Of a stretch of DNA of 64,000 nucleotides, positions 47,287 through 55,870 are shown one piece after another. The DNA comes from Candidatus Dormiibacterota bacterium. Lineage in GTDB: Bacteria; Chloroflexota; Dormibacteria; Aeolococcales; Aeolococcaceae. The first letter of the stretch is position 1. Every line of letters begins with the position of its first letter. A program made the translations under genes and the position numbers. The DNA is taken from assembly GCA_963756075.1 (NCBI GenBank), contig CAVWMH010000010.1:19490-83489 (forward strand). The letters are read 5' to 3'. A model generated the notes under the pieces. The model did not search any database and was not told where the DNA came from. It saw only the letters and a list, made by a program, of their open reading frames with translations.

Positions 47287-48306
47287 GGCTTGCAGACCGA
47301 AGTGGTCATCGGTGTCTCGTTCATCGCACTCGTCGGCACGTTAGCGGCGAGTGAGGTCCTGGTGCGTGGCGTGGGGCGACTCGCCCGGAACCTGGGTCTG
47401 CTCGGCGGGCTCGTCGGATTGATCGTGGCGCTGGGCGCCAACTCCCCCGAGATCTCCTCGTCGATATCCGCAGTGGCAAGCGGTTCCGCCGCCACCGCGG
47501 CCGGGGTCGTCTTCGGCTCAAACGTCTTCAACATTGCCGTGCTCCTGGGCGGGTCGGCGCTTGCCGCCGGCACGGTGCGGATCCCACCGGCGGCTCTCGT
47601 GATCGACGGAGGCGTTGTGATCCTTGTGACGGTGTCGATCGGGCTGGCCGTACTCGGGGCTCTTCCGGTGCCATTCGGTCTTTTCGTGATGCTTGTGGTC
47701 TTCGTCCCGTATGCCGTGTTTCTGACTCTGCGCAGCTCAAGCATCGCGCGGCTACCGCTGCCCGGTCGTGTGCGCGCGTTCCTTGTGGACGCGTCCCGTG
47801 AAGCCGGGGTTGAGGGGATGGAACTCGAAGATGAGCTCGAGCATCTGAACCCGACGGCCCGGGCTCGCAGCTGGCAGCCCGTCCTGCTCATGGCCCCCGC
47901 TCTTGCCGTCATCGTCCTCGGGTCGATCATCATGGTGCAAGGGGCGGTGACGCTCGGAGCGCGTTGGGGAGTGCCCAGCGTGCTGGTCGGCGTACTGGCG
48001 CTGGCCGCCGCGACAAGTCTTCCGAATGCGTATGCGGCGATCCAACTCGCGCAGGGCGGCCATGGCGCCGCCGTCGTCAGCGCGACGTTCAACAGCAATA
48101 CGCTGAACCTGATCGCCGGCATCGCGGTTCCGATCGTTCTGTTTCCGACGCTCCGCGGTTCGGTCCCGCCTGGCTACGTCGTCTGGCTATTGGGCATGAC
48201 CTGCCTGGCGATCATCCTTCTCGCGGGCCGCCTCACCCGTCGCCGTGCGCCGCTGCTTCTGGTTGCGTACGCGGGCTTCGTGACCTACGCGGTGCTCACG
48301 GCGTAG
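47281..48306 (+). CDS. Ca2+/cation antiporter (CaCA, YrbG-like) family membrane protein
   Basis: Two alpha-repeat motifs (GANSPEISSSI...GSNVFNI and ATSLPNAYAAI...FNSNTLNL) and about 10 TM helices. Start GTG 47281/47302 is uncertain. Confidence 0.8.
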   Translation: MHGLQTEVVIGVSFIALVGTLAASEVLVRGVGRLARNLGLLGGLVGLIVALGANSPEISSSISAVASGSAATAAGVVFGSNVFNIAVLLGGSALAAGTVRIPPAALVIDGGVVILVTVSIGLAVLGALPVPFGLFVMLVVFVPYAVFLTLRSSSIARLPLPGRVRAFLVDASREAGVEGMELEDELEHLNPTARARSWQPVLLMAPALAVIVLGSIIMVQGAVTLGARWGVPSVLVGVLALAAATSLPNAYAAIQLAQGGHGAAVVSATFNSNTLNLIAGIAVPIVLFPTLRGSVPPGYVVWLLGMTCLAIILLAGRLTRRRAPLLLVAYAGFVTYAVLTA

Positions 48307-49678
48307 CGCGGTACTTCCAGAACCGCGGGAGCACCGCACTCAGCACGACAGTTCCAATCACGCACAGCACGCCGCCGCTCACGACCGATGCGCGCACCCC
48401 GGCGAGCGATCCCACCACCCCGGCTTCGAGGTTTCCCATGGCGGGTCCGGACGTGTAGCTGATCATCTCGATGCCGGCGAGGCGGCCGCGCATCGCATCC
48501 GGAATCGTCTGGTTCCACAACGTCATGCGAAAGAGCCCGCTGATCATGTCTGCGGCTCCGGCGGCTGCAAGCGCGAGGAGCGCGACCCAGAGTGACGGAG
48601 CGAAGCCGAACGCCACGATCGCGATACCCCAGCTTGCCGCGGCGAAGGCGATCGCGCGTCCGTGGTGGCGCACCAAGCGTGTCCATCCGCTCGTCACCGT
48701 CGCAAGGAGCGAGCCGACCGAGGGAGCTGTGTACAGCAGCCCCAGCACCGCGGGTCCACCGAGTCCAGACGCGATCTGCGGGAACAGCGCCATCGGCATC
48801 CCGAAGAACATCGCGTTGATATCGACGAGATAGGAGCCGAGCAGATCCTGGCGACCGGCCGCATAGCGCAGCCCCGCGATCGCCGCACGAACGCTCACTC
48901 CCTCTGCATCAGGAGCCGGCGGGACCGCACGCATCAGCGTCAGCGCCACGGTCGCCACGAGAAACGTGGCCACGTCAACGCCATAGGTTGCAGGCAGTCC
49001 CACCGTCGCGATGAGAATGCCGGCGAGCGGCGGTCCGAGCACCTGGCCCAGGTTTCCCCGGAGGGATTCGAGCGCCGCCGCGGCCGTCAATCTGTCTCGG
49101 GAAACGATGCGGGGGACAAGAGCGTCGAGGGAGGGTCGTTCCAACGAGTCAACGCCCGCCGCCGCGACGACGACAAGAAAGAGCACCCAGAGCTGTGGGT
49201 GAGGCAGCGCCGCGTTGACCACGAGCACACCCACGACGCCGCATGCGCTGATCTGCGTGATGCGCACCATGCGCCGCCGATCGACCGCGTCCGCAAGCGC
49301 GCCACCGACAAACGACATCAGGAGTATCGGCACGAGCTCGGCGAAGCTCACCAGACCGACGACCAGCGAGGATCGCGTCAGCTGGTAGACCTGGAAGGGG
49401 ACGGCGACGTACGTGATCATGCTGCCGGCGAACGAGACACCCTGGCCGATGAAGAGCAGCCGGAATTCTCTCGATTCCCGCAGCGGGGTGACGTCGACCG
49501 TGAGCAAGGTCAGTCGTCGCCGCAGTCCCATCCTTTGTGGCGCGACGGTTGCGATCGCCAGGTGGGGATCCGGCTGCGGATCCGGCGTTGCGCGCGTGTG
49601 CGGCGGTATGTCCTCGGACACCGTGCGACTCTGCCTCCTGACGCGTGCGCTGTGTCCGGCCTCCGTAAACTTGACCAT
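48296..49678 (-). CDS. MFS transporter (enterobactin-exporter-like subgroup)
   Basis: FRLLFIGQGVSFAGSMITYVAVPFQVY, GGALADAVDRRRM, about 12 TM helices. The start may be internal (MGLRRRL...). Confidence 0.85.
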   Translation of the reverse strand: MVKFTEAGHSARVRRQSRTVSEDIPPHTRATPDPQPDPHLAIATVAPQRMGLRRRLTLLTVDVTPLRESREFRLLFIGQGVSFAGSMITYVAVPFQVYQLTRSSLVVGLVSFAELVPILLMSFVGGALADAVDRRRMVRITQISACGVVGVLVVNAALPHPQLWVLFLVVVAAAGVDSLERPSLDALVPRIVSRDRLTAAAALESLRGNLGQVLGPPLAGILIATVGLPATYGVDVATFLVATVALTLMRAVPPAPDAEGVSVRAAIAGLRYAAGRQDLLGSYLVDINAMFFGMPMALFPQIASGLGGPAVLGLLYTAPSVGSLLATVTSGWTRLVRHHGRAIAFAAASWGIAIVAFGFAPSLWVALLALAAAGAADMISGLFRMTLWNQTIPDAMRGRLAGIEMISYTSGPAMGNLEAGVVGSLAGVRASVVSGGVLCVIGTVVLSAVLPRFWKYRATP

Positions 49679-49732
49679 TCCAGTCAGGATTTGGTACGGT
49701 CGATCCGATCAACACGCGCTGTGAGGGCTGCC

Positions 49733-50281
49733 ATGTCTGTCACTGATGAATTGCTCAAGAACAACGAGCGCTACGCGGCGTCATTCGACAAAGGCAGCAC
49801 ACCGCTGCCTCCGGCCCGTGGGATCGCCGTGGTCGCGTGCATGGATGCCCGTCTGCATGTCAGCGCGATCCTCGGCCTGGAGATCGGGGACGCGCACATC
49901 ATCCGTAACGCCGGGGGAGTCGTGACCGATGATGCCATCCGATCCCTGGTGATCTCGCAGCGACTGCTCGGCACCAAGGAAATCATCCTCATTCACCACA
50001 GTGACTGCGGCATGGTCACGTTCTCCGATGACGCAGTGAAGGCGCAGATCAAGGAGGACACCGGGATCCGCCCGCCGTTCTCGCTCGAGGCGTTCCCTGA
50101 CGCCGCCGACGACGTACGACAGTCGATCGCGCGTGTCAAGGCGAGCCCATTCATCCCGCATCGCGACAGCGTTCGCGGTTTCGTCTACGACGTGTCCACC
50201 GGACGTCTCAACGAGGTTCATTCGGGCGACCGCGAGCTGACCGGATCAACGTCCGGTATCGCGCAGGGAGCCGCCCGCTAG
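49733..50281 (+). CDS. beta-class carbonic anhydrase
   Basis: In-frame ATG at 49733. VVACMDARL and ILIHHSDCGM zinc-ligand motifs. Confidence 0.9.
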   Translation: MSVTDELLKNNERYAASFDKGSTPLPPARGIAVVACMDARLHVSAILGLEIGDAHIIRNAGGVVTDDAIRSLVISQRLLGTKEIILIHHSDCGMVTFSDDAVKAQIKEDTGIRPPFSLEAFPDAADDVRQSIARVKASPFIPHRDSVRGFVYDVSTGRLNEVHSGDRELTGSTSGIAQGAAR

Positions 50282-50352
50282 CGCCCGAACATTGCCGCCG
50301 GCCGGCCGCGGCGGTGGGTGGCCGGCCCAACTCGCGATGTTGGTTGTCAGAC

Positions 50353-50595
50353 GTTGCGCACGCGTGCATCGCAACATGTTCGGAGGGGTGACACGACTGT
50401 TACAAGCGCCGGTCGAGGATCGATCCGCTCGTGCCCGTGATCTCAAATACGGGACGTGCGCCATGCGCACGTATCGCTGCGCAACAAGTTGCGCACAGGC
50501 ATGTGCCTTGCTGCACAACAACGTGCGCGGTTGTCCACATTGTGCACAGGCTGGCGCGTGTCAAACGCGTCGCGCTCCGCATGCACGCACATGCG
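50353..50595. repeat. cluster of short palindromes / inverted repeats rich in TGCGCA and TGCACA cores
   Basis: Read directly from the sequence. GTTGCG-N11-CGCAAC (50353-50375, containing CACGCGTG). GGATCGATCC (50417-50426). GTGCGC-cat-GCGCAC (50456-50470). TGCGCAAC-aa-GTTGCGCA (50478-50495). TGTGCACA (50541-50548). CGCGT-N5-ACGCG (50555-50569). CGCATG-N6-CATGCG (50578-50595). Confidence 0.6.
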
Positions 50596-50659
50596 ACGTG
50601 ATGGTTGACAGGGGGTCATGGCAGCGGCGTACACTCCCCCGGTGGAATCGGAGGCGGGC

Positions 50660-50959
50660 ATGTCCAGGCATTCAGAGCGAGCCATCATGCCGCGCCGGAT
50701 CTGCGCACGAGTGGGATGTGGCGAGCATGTGCACAAGCCCACGGCGAAGTACTGCAGCATCAGGTGTTGCTCCATCGATCCCGCGCGCCACGAGCGTTTG
50801 CGCAACCAGGCGCGCCGCGCGTCAGCGCGACCGATCCCGATGTTGCGCCAGCTGCGCTTCGATTTTGCGCTCAAGGGATTCGATCCTGAGGCGCAACTGA
50901 ACGAGCTGTGCCTTGCCCGCGAGGACGTTCCCTCCGGCATGTCTCGTCTCACCGGCTGA
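50660..50959 (+). CDS. small hypothetical protein with a C-x4-C...YCS-x2-CC zinc-finger-like motif (99 aa)
   Basis: GGAGG lies 5 nt upstream of ATG 50660. TTGACA at 50605-50610 with TACACT about 19 nt downstream. Sequence ICARVGCGEHVHKPTAKYCSIRCC. Moderately G/C-rich third positions. ORF-track start is 50618. Confidence 0.4.
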   Translation: MSRHSERAIMPRRICARVGCGEHVHKPTAKYCSIRCCSIDPARHERLRNQARRASARPIPMLRQLRFDFALKGFDPEAQLNELCLAREDVPSGMSRLTG

Positions 50960-51017
50960 CGCGGCGCAACCCGGGCTGGAGAGCGTCACCCGGCGGACTG
51001 CGTAGAATCGGCGTCGC

Positions 51018-52838
51018 ATGCCGGATGAGATCGTCGACGACGCCGCTGAAGCAGGCGCCCCACTGCCACCGCCGGCCGAGCCGACTCTCGAGATCCTGCG
51101 CCACAGCGCATCCCACCTGATGGCTGCCGCGGTGGTCGAGTTGTTTCCCGGCGCTCAGTACGACGTCGGTCCCGCCATAGACGACGGCTTCTTCTACAAC
51201 TTCCGTCTCCCCGGCGGGACGCACTTCGTCGACGACGACCTGGCTCGTATCGAGTCGCGGATGAGCGACCTCGCCGCACAGAGGATCCCGTTCGTGCAGG
51301 AGGTGATGCCGCGCGCGCAGGCCATTGAGCTGTTCGCGGCCATGCACCAGGACTTCAAGGTGGACATCATCAACCGGCTGCCCGACGATGTCACCGCGGT
51401 CAGCATCTACCGAACCGGCGAGTTCATCGACCTGTGCCGGGGACCCCATGTGCCCGACACGGGTTGGCTGAAAGCGATTCATGTGCTTCGAATCGCGGGG
51501 GTGTACTGGCGCGGAGACGCCAGGAACGAGCAGCTGCAACGGGTGTACGGCACCGCGTGGTTCACGCGCGAGGAGCTTGACGCCTACATGCAGCGCCTGG
51601 AGGAAGCACGCAAGCGGGACCATCGACGCCTCGGAGCGGAGCTCGACCTGTTCTCGTTCCCGGATGAGATCGGCTCGGGGCTCCCCGTGTTCCACCCGAA
51701 TGGAGGGTTGGTGCGCAAGCTCATGGAGGACTACTCGCGTCAACGCCACGAGGAAGCCGGCTACTCCTTTGTGAACACTCCGCATATCACCAAAGAGGAT
51801 CTGTTCAAGGTATCCGGGCACCTCGAGTGGTTCGCCGAGAGCATGTTCCCGCCCATGGAGCTCGATGAGGGCACCAAGTACTACCTGAAGCCGATGAACT
51901 GCCCGATGCACATCCTCATCTATCGAAGCCGGATGCGCTCCTATCGAGAATTGCCGCTTCGTCTTTTCGAATTCGGGAGCGTGTATCGCTACGAGAAGTC
52001 GGGAGTGATCCACGGGCTCACGCGCGTGCGCGGCCTCACCATGGACGACGCACATATCTTCTGCGCGCGTGAGCAGATGATGGAGGAGCTCATCTCGTTG
52101 CTCGACTTCACCCTCGGGCTGCTTCGCGACTTCGGCCTCACCGACTTCTACCTCGAGCTCTCGACACGGCCGGAGGACAAGGCTGTCGGAACTCTCGAGG
52201 AATGGGATGCGGCGACCAGCGCGCTGCGCCTCGCCGCTGAGGGCCGCAACCTCGAATTGGTCCTCGACGAGGGTGGCGGGGCGTTCTACGGACCCAAGAT
52301 CTCGGTGCAGGCGCGCGATGCGATTGGTCGGACATGGCAGATGTCGACGATTCAGGTCGACTTCCAGTTCCCGCAGCGCTTCGATCTGCATTTCATCGAT
52401 GACACGGGCGCCGAGCAGCAGCCGATCATGATCCACCGAGCGCTCTTCGGATCCATCGAACGGTTCTTCGGCATCCTGCTCGAGCATTACGCCGGTCACT
52501 TCCCGCTCTGGCTCGCGCCGGTGCAGTGCGCGCTCGTCCCGGTTCAGGACGACAGCGAGGAGGTGATGGCGTACATCCGCAGTCTCGCGGCGGCGATGCG
52601 CGAGCGCGGGCTGCGCGCATCCGTCGACGAGCGTCATGGCGAGCGGATGCAGGCTCGCGTGCGCGACGCGGAGCTGAAGCGCATTCCCTACGTTGTGGTC
52701 ATCGGCAAGCGGGACGTTGAGCGCGGCGACGGCGTGGTGCGTGTTCGCGATGTCCGTCGCAATCTGCAGGAGGATGTCTCGACCGGCGCGCTCATCGACC
52801 GCCTGGTCGCCGAGGTGATCGAGCGGCGTCCCGAGTGA
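51018..52838 (+). CDS. thrS: threonine--tRNA ligase (no N-terminal TGS domain)
   Basis: 606 aa. Starts about 27 aa before the editing-domain motif LRHSASHLMAAAV. Class II catalytic core (FRYE-like VYRYEKSG, GLTRVRGLTMDDAHIF, GAFYGPKI) and anticodon-binding domain. Confidence 0.95.
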   Translation: MPDEIVDDAAEAGAPLPPPAEPTLEILRHSASHLMAAAVVELFPGAQYDVGPAIDDGFFYNFRLPGGTHFVDDDLARIESRMSDLAAQRIPFVQEVMPRAQAIELFAAMHQDFKVDIINRLPDDVTAVSIYRTGEFIDLCRGPHVPDTGWLKAIHVLRIAGVYWRGDARNEQLQRVYGTAWFTREELDAYMQRLEEARKRDHRRLGAELDLFSFPDEIGSGLPVFHPNGGLVRKLMEDYSRQRHEEAGYSFVNTPHITKEDLFKVSGHLEWFAESMFPPMELDEGTKYYLKPMNCPMHILIYRSRMRSYRELPLRLFEFGSVYRYEKSGVIHGLTRVRGLTMDDAHIFCAREQMMEELISLLDFTLGLLRDFGLTDFYLELSTRPEDKAVGTLEEWDAATSALRLAAEGRNLELVLDEGGGAFYGPKISVQARDAIGRTWQMSTIQVDFQFPQRFDLHFIDDTGAEQQPIMIHRALFGSIERFFGILLEHYAGHFPLWLAPVQCALVPVQDDSEEVMAYIRSLAAAMRERGLRASVDERHGERMQARVRDAELKRIPYVVVIGKRDVERGDGVVRVRDVRRNLQEDVSTGALIDRLVAEVIERRPE

Positions 52839-53428
52839 GGCGGCGCCGGCAGACGGCGCCGGACACGGCCGCGACCCATGCGCCACTTCGCGGCGAGGCC
52901 AAGCTGCGCGCCGCGCTCGCCGGGTTCGACGTTCGAGCCGCTGGGAGGATCTGCCTCGACCTCGGTGCCGCGGCCGGCGGGTTCACCCGCGTCCTGCTGG
53001 AAGCGGGCGCCGCGCGGGTGTATGCGGTGGACGCCGGATTCGGTCAGCTCCTCGGGTCGCTGCGCCAGGATCCGCGAGTCGTGAACCTCGAGGCCACCAA
53101 CGTCGCCGCACTCGACACGCGCCTCATTCCTGACGCGATTGAGTTGGTGACCGTCGACGTCTCCTACCTCGCGCTGGCCGCCGCGGTTGCTCAGCTCGAC
53201 CGCATCGCCATGGCGCATGACGCGGATCTGATCGGCCTTGTCAAGCCGATGTTCGAGTTGCGGCTGGCGACGGCCCCCTCCGACGCGATTTCGGTTGACG
53301 CAGCGACCACGCGTGCTGCGGCGGGCATCGCCGCGGCCGGCTGGCGCGTGATCGGCACGATGCCATCGCCCGTGCTCGGTGGACGAGGGGCTGTGGAAGC
53401 GCTGCTCCACGCCCGGCGATCACCATGA
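52835..53428 (+). CDS. TlyA-like FtsJ-fold SAM-dependent methyltransferase lacking the S4 domain
   Basis: 197 aa. Colinear with the catalytic part of the tlyA product at 16474 (RGEAKLRAALAGF, LDLGAAAGGFTRVLL, VDVSYLAL, KPMFE). GTGA-type overlap with the thrS stop. Confidence 0.75.
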   Translation: MRRRRQTAPDTAATHAPLRGEAKLRAALAGFDVRAAGRICLDLGAAAGGFTRVLLEAGAARVYAVDAGFGQLLGSLRQDPRVVNLEATNVAALDTRLIPDAIELVTVDVSYLALAAAVAQLDRIAMAHDADLIGLVKPMFELRLATAPSDAISVDAATTRAAAGIAAAGWRVIGTMPSPVLGGRGAVEALLHARRSP

Positions 53429-53440
53429 CGTCACAGCAGG

Positions 53441-53468
53441 TTTGGCCATCCCGCGCGCGTGCTATATT
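53441..53468 (+). promoter_or_regulatory. candidate sigma-70-type promoter (TTTGGC/TTGGCC ... TATATT) for the infC operon
   Basis: TATATT at 53463-53468 stands out in GC-rich DNA. A -35-like TTGGCC lies 15-16 nt upstream. Not verified. Confidence 0.35.
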
Positions 53469-53562
53469 CAGCGGCCGACGCCCATCACGGGCGCCGCAAA
53501 GCAGGACCGCCAGGTACGGTCCTCACCTTCCGGGCTTGCCTTGAAGGTCCAGCACCCGAACC

Positions 53563-53596
53563 CTGGATAGCGGAACCGCTGTCCAGTTTTTTATTT
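53563..53596 (+). terminator. intrinsic-terminator-like hairpin + T6 run immediately upstream of the infC RBS (possible attenuator)
   Basis: CTGGA-t-AGCG-gaac-CGCT-g-TCCAG followed by TTTTTTATTT (53587-53596). AGGAGG at 53601-53606. Upstream CCAG (53549-53552) could pair alternatively with CTGG (53563-53566). Confidence 0.5.
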
Positions 53597-53614
53597 CACA
53601 AGGAGGCCGCGCCG

Positions 53615-54268
53615 ATCGCATTCCGAGAGCTCAGGGTCAACGACCAGATCCGCATCCCAACCGTTCGCCTGTTCGATGACACCACAGGCGAGCAGCTGGG
53701 AATCGTCACCATCGAGCGAGCCCGAGAGCTCGCCGCCCAACGTGAACTGGACCTGGTCGAGGTAGCCCCCCAGGCCCAACCGCCGGTGTGCCGTCTCATG
53801 GACTACGGGCGCTTCAAGTTCGAAGCGCTGAAAAAAGAGAAGGAGAGCCGCAAAGAGCACAACACCATCAACGTCAAGGAGATGAAGCTCCGTCCGAAGA
53901 TCTCGGAGCACGACTTCCAGACCAAGTTCGGGTCGGTGCGTCACTTTCTCCACGACGGCGACAAGGTGAAGCTCACCATCATGTTTCGCGGACGCGAGAT
54001 GGTGCACCAGGAGTACGGGCGCAAGTTGCTCGACCGGATGGCCGAGGAACTGAAGGAGGTGGCGACCATCGAACGGACCCCCCTCGTGGAGGGCCGCAAC
54101 ATGATCATGATCATGAGCCCGCTCAACAAGAAGCACGCCAAAGGCGACCAGCACGCCAATGACCGGCGTCCGCCGCAGGAAGTCGAGGTGAGCGTCACCG
54201 TTCCGGTGGAGGACATCGGCGCCAACTCAGGGAGCAACAGCGACCATGCCGAAGATACGAACGCATAA
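53615..54268 (+). CDS. infC: translation initiation factor IF-3 (non-canonical ATC start)
   Basis: Conserved IF-3 sequence starts at IAFRELRVNDQIRIPTVRL. AGGAGG lies 8 nt upstream of the in-frame ATC at 53615. No ATG/GTG/TTG sits in a suitable position. N-domain, linker and C-domain (VKEMKLRPKISEHD) are present. Confidence 0.9.
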   Translation: MAFRELRVNDQIRIPTVRLFDDTTGEQLGIVTIERARELAAQRELDLVEVAPQAQPPVCRLMDYGRFKFEALKKEKESRKEHNTINVKEMKLRPKISEHDFQTKFGSVRHFLHDGDKVKLTIMFRGREMVHQEYGRKLLDRMAEELKEVATIERTPLVEGRNMIMIMSPLNKKHAKGDQHANDRRPPQEVEVSVTVPVEDIGANSGSNSDHAEDTNA

Positions 54269-54443
54269 GGGAACCGCAAAGCGGCTCCGCGTCACCTCCA
54301 CCGGGAAGGTGATGCGGCGCAAGGCGTTTCGCTCGCACCTGCTCGAGCACAAGAGCGCCAAGCGCAAGCGCCAATACCGGATGCAACACGAGGTGTCCTC
54401 GTCGGATCGCCGCAAGGTGATCCGGCTTGCACCCTACCTTTAG
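54246..54443 (+). CDS. rpmI: 50S ribosomal protein L35
   Basis: MPKIRTHKGTAKRLRVTSTGKVMRRKAFRSH. 65 aa. Confidence 0.95.
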   Translation: MPKIRTHKGTAKRLRVTSTGKVMRRKAFRSHLLEHKSAKRKRQYRMQHEVSSSDRRKVIRLAPYL

Positions 54444-54452
54444 GAGAGCGAC

Positions 54453-54815
54453 ATGGCCAGAGTGAAACGTGGGGTGACGGCCAAGGCTCGCCACCGGAAG
54501 ATCCTCGAAATGGCGGAGGGGATGCAGGGGGCTCGCCACCGGCTCTACAAGAACGCCAACGAGGCGGTCATGCACTCGCTCGCCTACGCGTATCGCGATC
54601 GCAAGCAGCGAAAGGGCGACATGCGCGGTCTGTGGATCGCGCGCATCAATGCGGCAGCGCGCCAGAACGGCCTTGCGTACAACCAGTTCATGCACGGCCT
54701 CAAGGAGGCCGGCGTCGAGGTCAATCGCAAGATGCTTGCCGACATTGCCGTCAAGGACTCCGGCTCGTTTCAGCAGCTTGTCGAAGTCGCCCGGGGCGCC
54801 CTGACCAAGGCGTGA
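54453..54815 (+). CDS. rplT: 50S ribosomal protein L20
   Basis: [23 protein letters not shown]...[24 protein letters not shown]. 120 aa. Confidence 0.97.
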   Translation: MARVKRGVTAKARHRKILEMAEGMQGARHRLYKNANEAVMHSLAYAYRDRKQRKGDMRGLWIARINAAARQNGLAYNQFMHGLKEAGVEVNRKMLADIAVKDSGSFQQLVEVARGALTKA

Positions 54816-55870
54816 CCGCCGACCTCCACAGCGTGGCGGCGGAAGCCCTCGAGGCAGTCGCCGCTGCGGCGGACCTGTCCGCCCTTGACGCGGTGCGGAC
54901 CAGGTACCTCGGACGGGGCGACGGCGAGCTGACCTCGTTTCGACGTGGCCTGGGCAAGATCCCCGATCCGGACGGAAGGCGCCAGATGGGTCAGATGGTC
55001 AACGAGCTTGTCCAGCGTGTCGGCGATGCCCTCGACGAGCGCCAGCGGACCATTGAGCGCACGGCTCGGGCTCGGAACCTCGAGGCGGAGACGCTCGATC
55101 TCACCCGTCCCGCCCCGCCCTTGCGCCGGGGCCGCCTCAGCCCGGTGACCCTCGCCGCACGGGAGATGCGCCGGATCTTCGGCCAGCTGGGTTTCGAGGC
55201 CGTCGACGGCCCCGAGATTGAGTACGACCGCTACAACTTCACCCTGGTCAACCAGCCGCCCGGACACCCGGCTCGCGATTTACAGGACACGTTCTACATC
55301 GACGATTCGCGCCTGCTCCGGACGCACACGTCGCCGGTGCAGATCCGCAGCATGCTCATCCGTGGCGCGCCGCAACGTGTGATCGTTCCCGGGAAAGCGT
55401 TCCGGCGCGACCACGACGCCACCCACATGCCGATGTTTCAGCAGGTGGAGGGGCTGTGCATCGACGAGGGGATCGCGGTGAGCGACCTCAAGGGGACCCT
55501 CGAGTACTTCGCGCGATCCTTCTTCGGCGCGGATTCCGTCCTGCAGTGGCGCCCGCACCACTTCCCGTTCACCGAGCCGTCGCTGGAGCTCGAGCTGGCC
55601 TGCGTCGTGTGCGGCGGCTCCGGCTGCAGCGTCTGCAAGTACAGCGGCTGGCTCGAGCTCCTGGGCAGCGGCATGGTCCATCCCCAGGTGCTTCGCAACG
55701 GCGGGGTCGACCCGGAGCGCTACTCGGGCTTCGCGTTCGGCATGGGCATCGAGCGGGCTGCGATGCTGGCCTGGGGCGTCCCCGACATGCGTCTGCTCTA
55801 TGACAACGACGTCCGCTTCCTCGTGCCCGAAAGCGCGAGCGACACGGCGCCGGAGCATCCGGCTCCGTGA
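54812..55870 (+). CDS. pheS: phenylalanine--tRNA ligase alpha subunit
   Basis: The GTG at 54812 overlaps the rplT stop. [46 protein letters not shown] motifs. Confidence 0.95.
   Translation: MTADLHSVAAEALEAVAAAADLSALDAVRTRYLGRGDGELTSFRRGLGKIPDPDGRRQMGQMVNELVQRVGDALDERQRTIERTARARNLEAETLDLTRPAPPLRRGRLSPVTLAAREMRRIFGQLGFEAVDGPEIEYDRYNFTLVNQPPGHPARDLQDTFYIDDSRLLRTHTSPVQIRSMLIRGAPQRVIVPGKAFRRDHDATHMPMFQQVEGLCIDEGIAVSDLKGTLEYFARSFFGADSVLQWRPHHFPFTEPSLELELACVVCGGSGCSVCKYSGWLELLGSGMVHPQVLRNGGVDPERYSGFAFGMGIERAAMLAWGVPDMRLLYDNDVRFLVPESASDTAPEHPAP

Noticed and set aside
50353-50595. CRISPR array
   Set aside because: The repeats here are short palindromes with differing sequences and irregular spacing, not regularly spaced direct repeats. 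No cas genes are present. I noticed no CRISPR-like array anywhere else in the window.
50282-51017. T-box leader upstream of thrS
   Set aside because: I looked for the conserved T-box sequence (…GGTGGTACCGCG-like) and a specifier-loop/terminator arrangement. Only a weak resemblance (CCGGTGGAATCGG at about 50639) is present. The region instead holds a promoter-like element and a small ORF.
50949-52886. 645-aa ORF on the minus strand, and similar long antisense ORFs such as 7951..9441(-), 15763..17169(-), 16845..18416(-), 18040..19680(-), 19086..20927(-), 61183..62487(-), 62061..63452(-)
   Set aside because: Each lies antisense to a gene with an unmistakable conserved product (thrS, aroE/peptidase, xseA/tlyA, nadK, recN, scpA, ruvB, queA). 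Their translations are Arg/Pro/Gly/Ala-rich and low-complexity. Long shadow ORFs are expected in roughly 70% GC DNA.
54246-54268. Possible additional frame break at the infC/rpmI junction (23-nt overlap and a long acidic IF-3 tail)
   Set aside because: Both proteins are complete in their own frames. L35 starts with its canonical MPKIRTHKG. Extended IF-3 C-terminal tails occur in high-GC Gram-positives. There is no evidence of lost conserved sequence.
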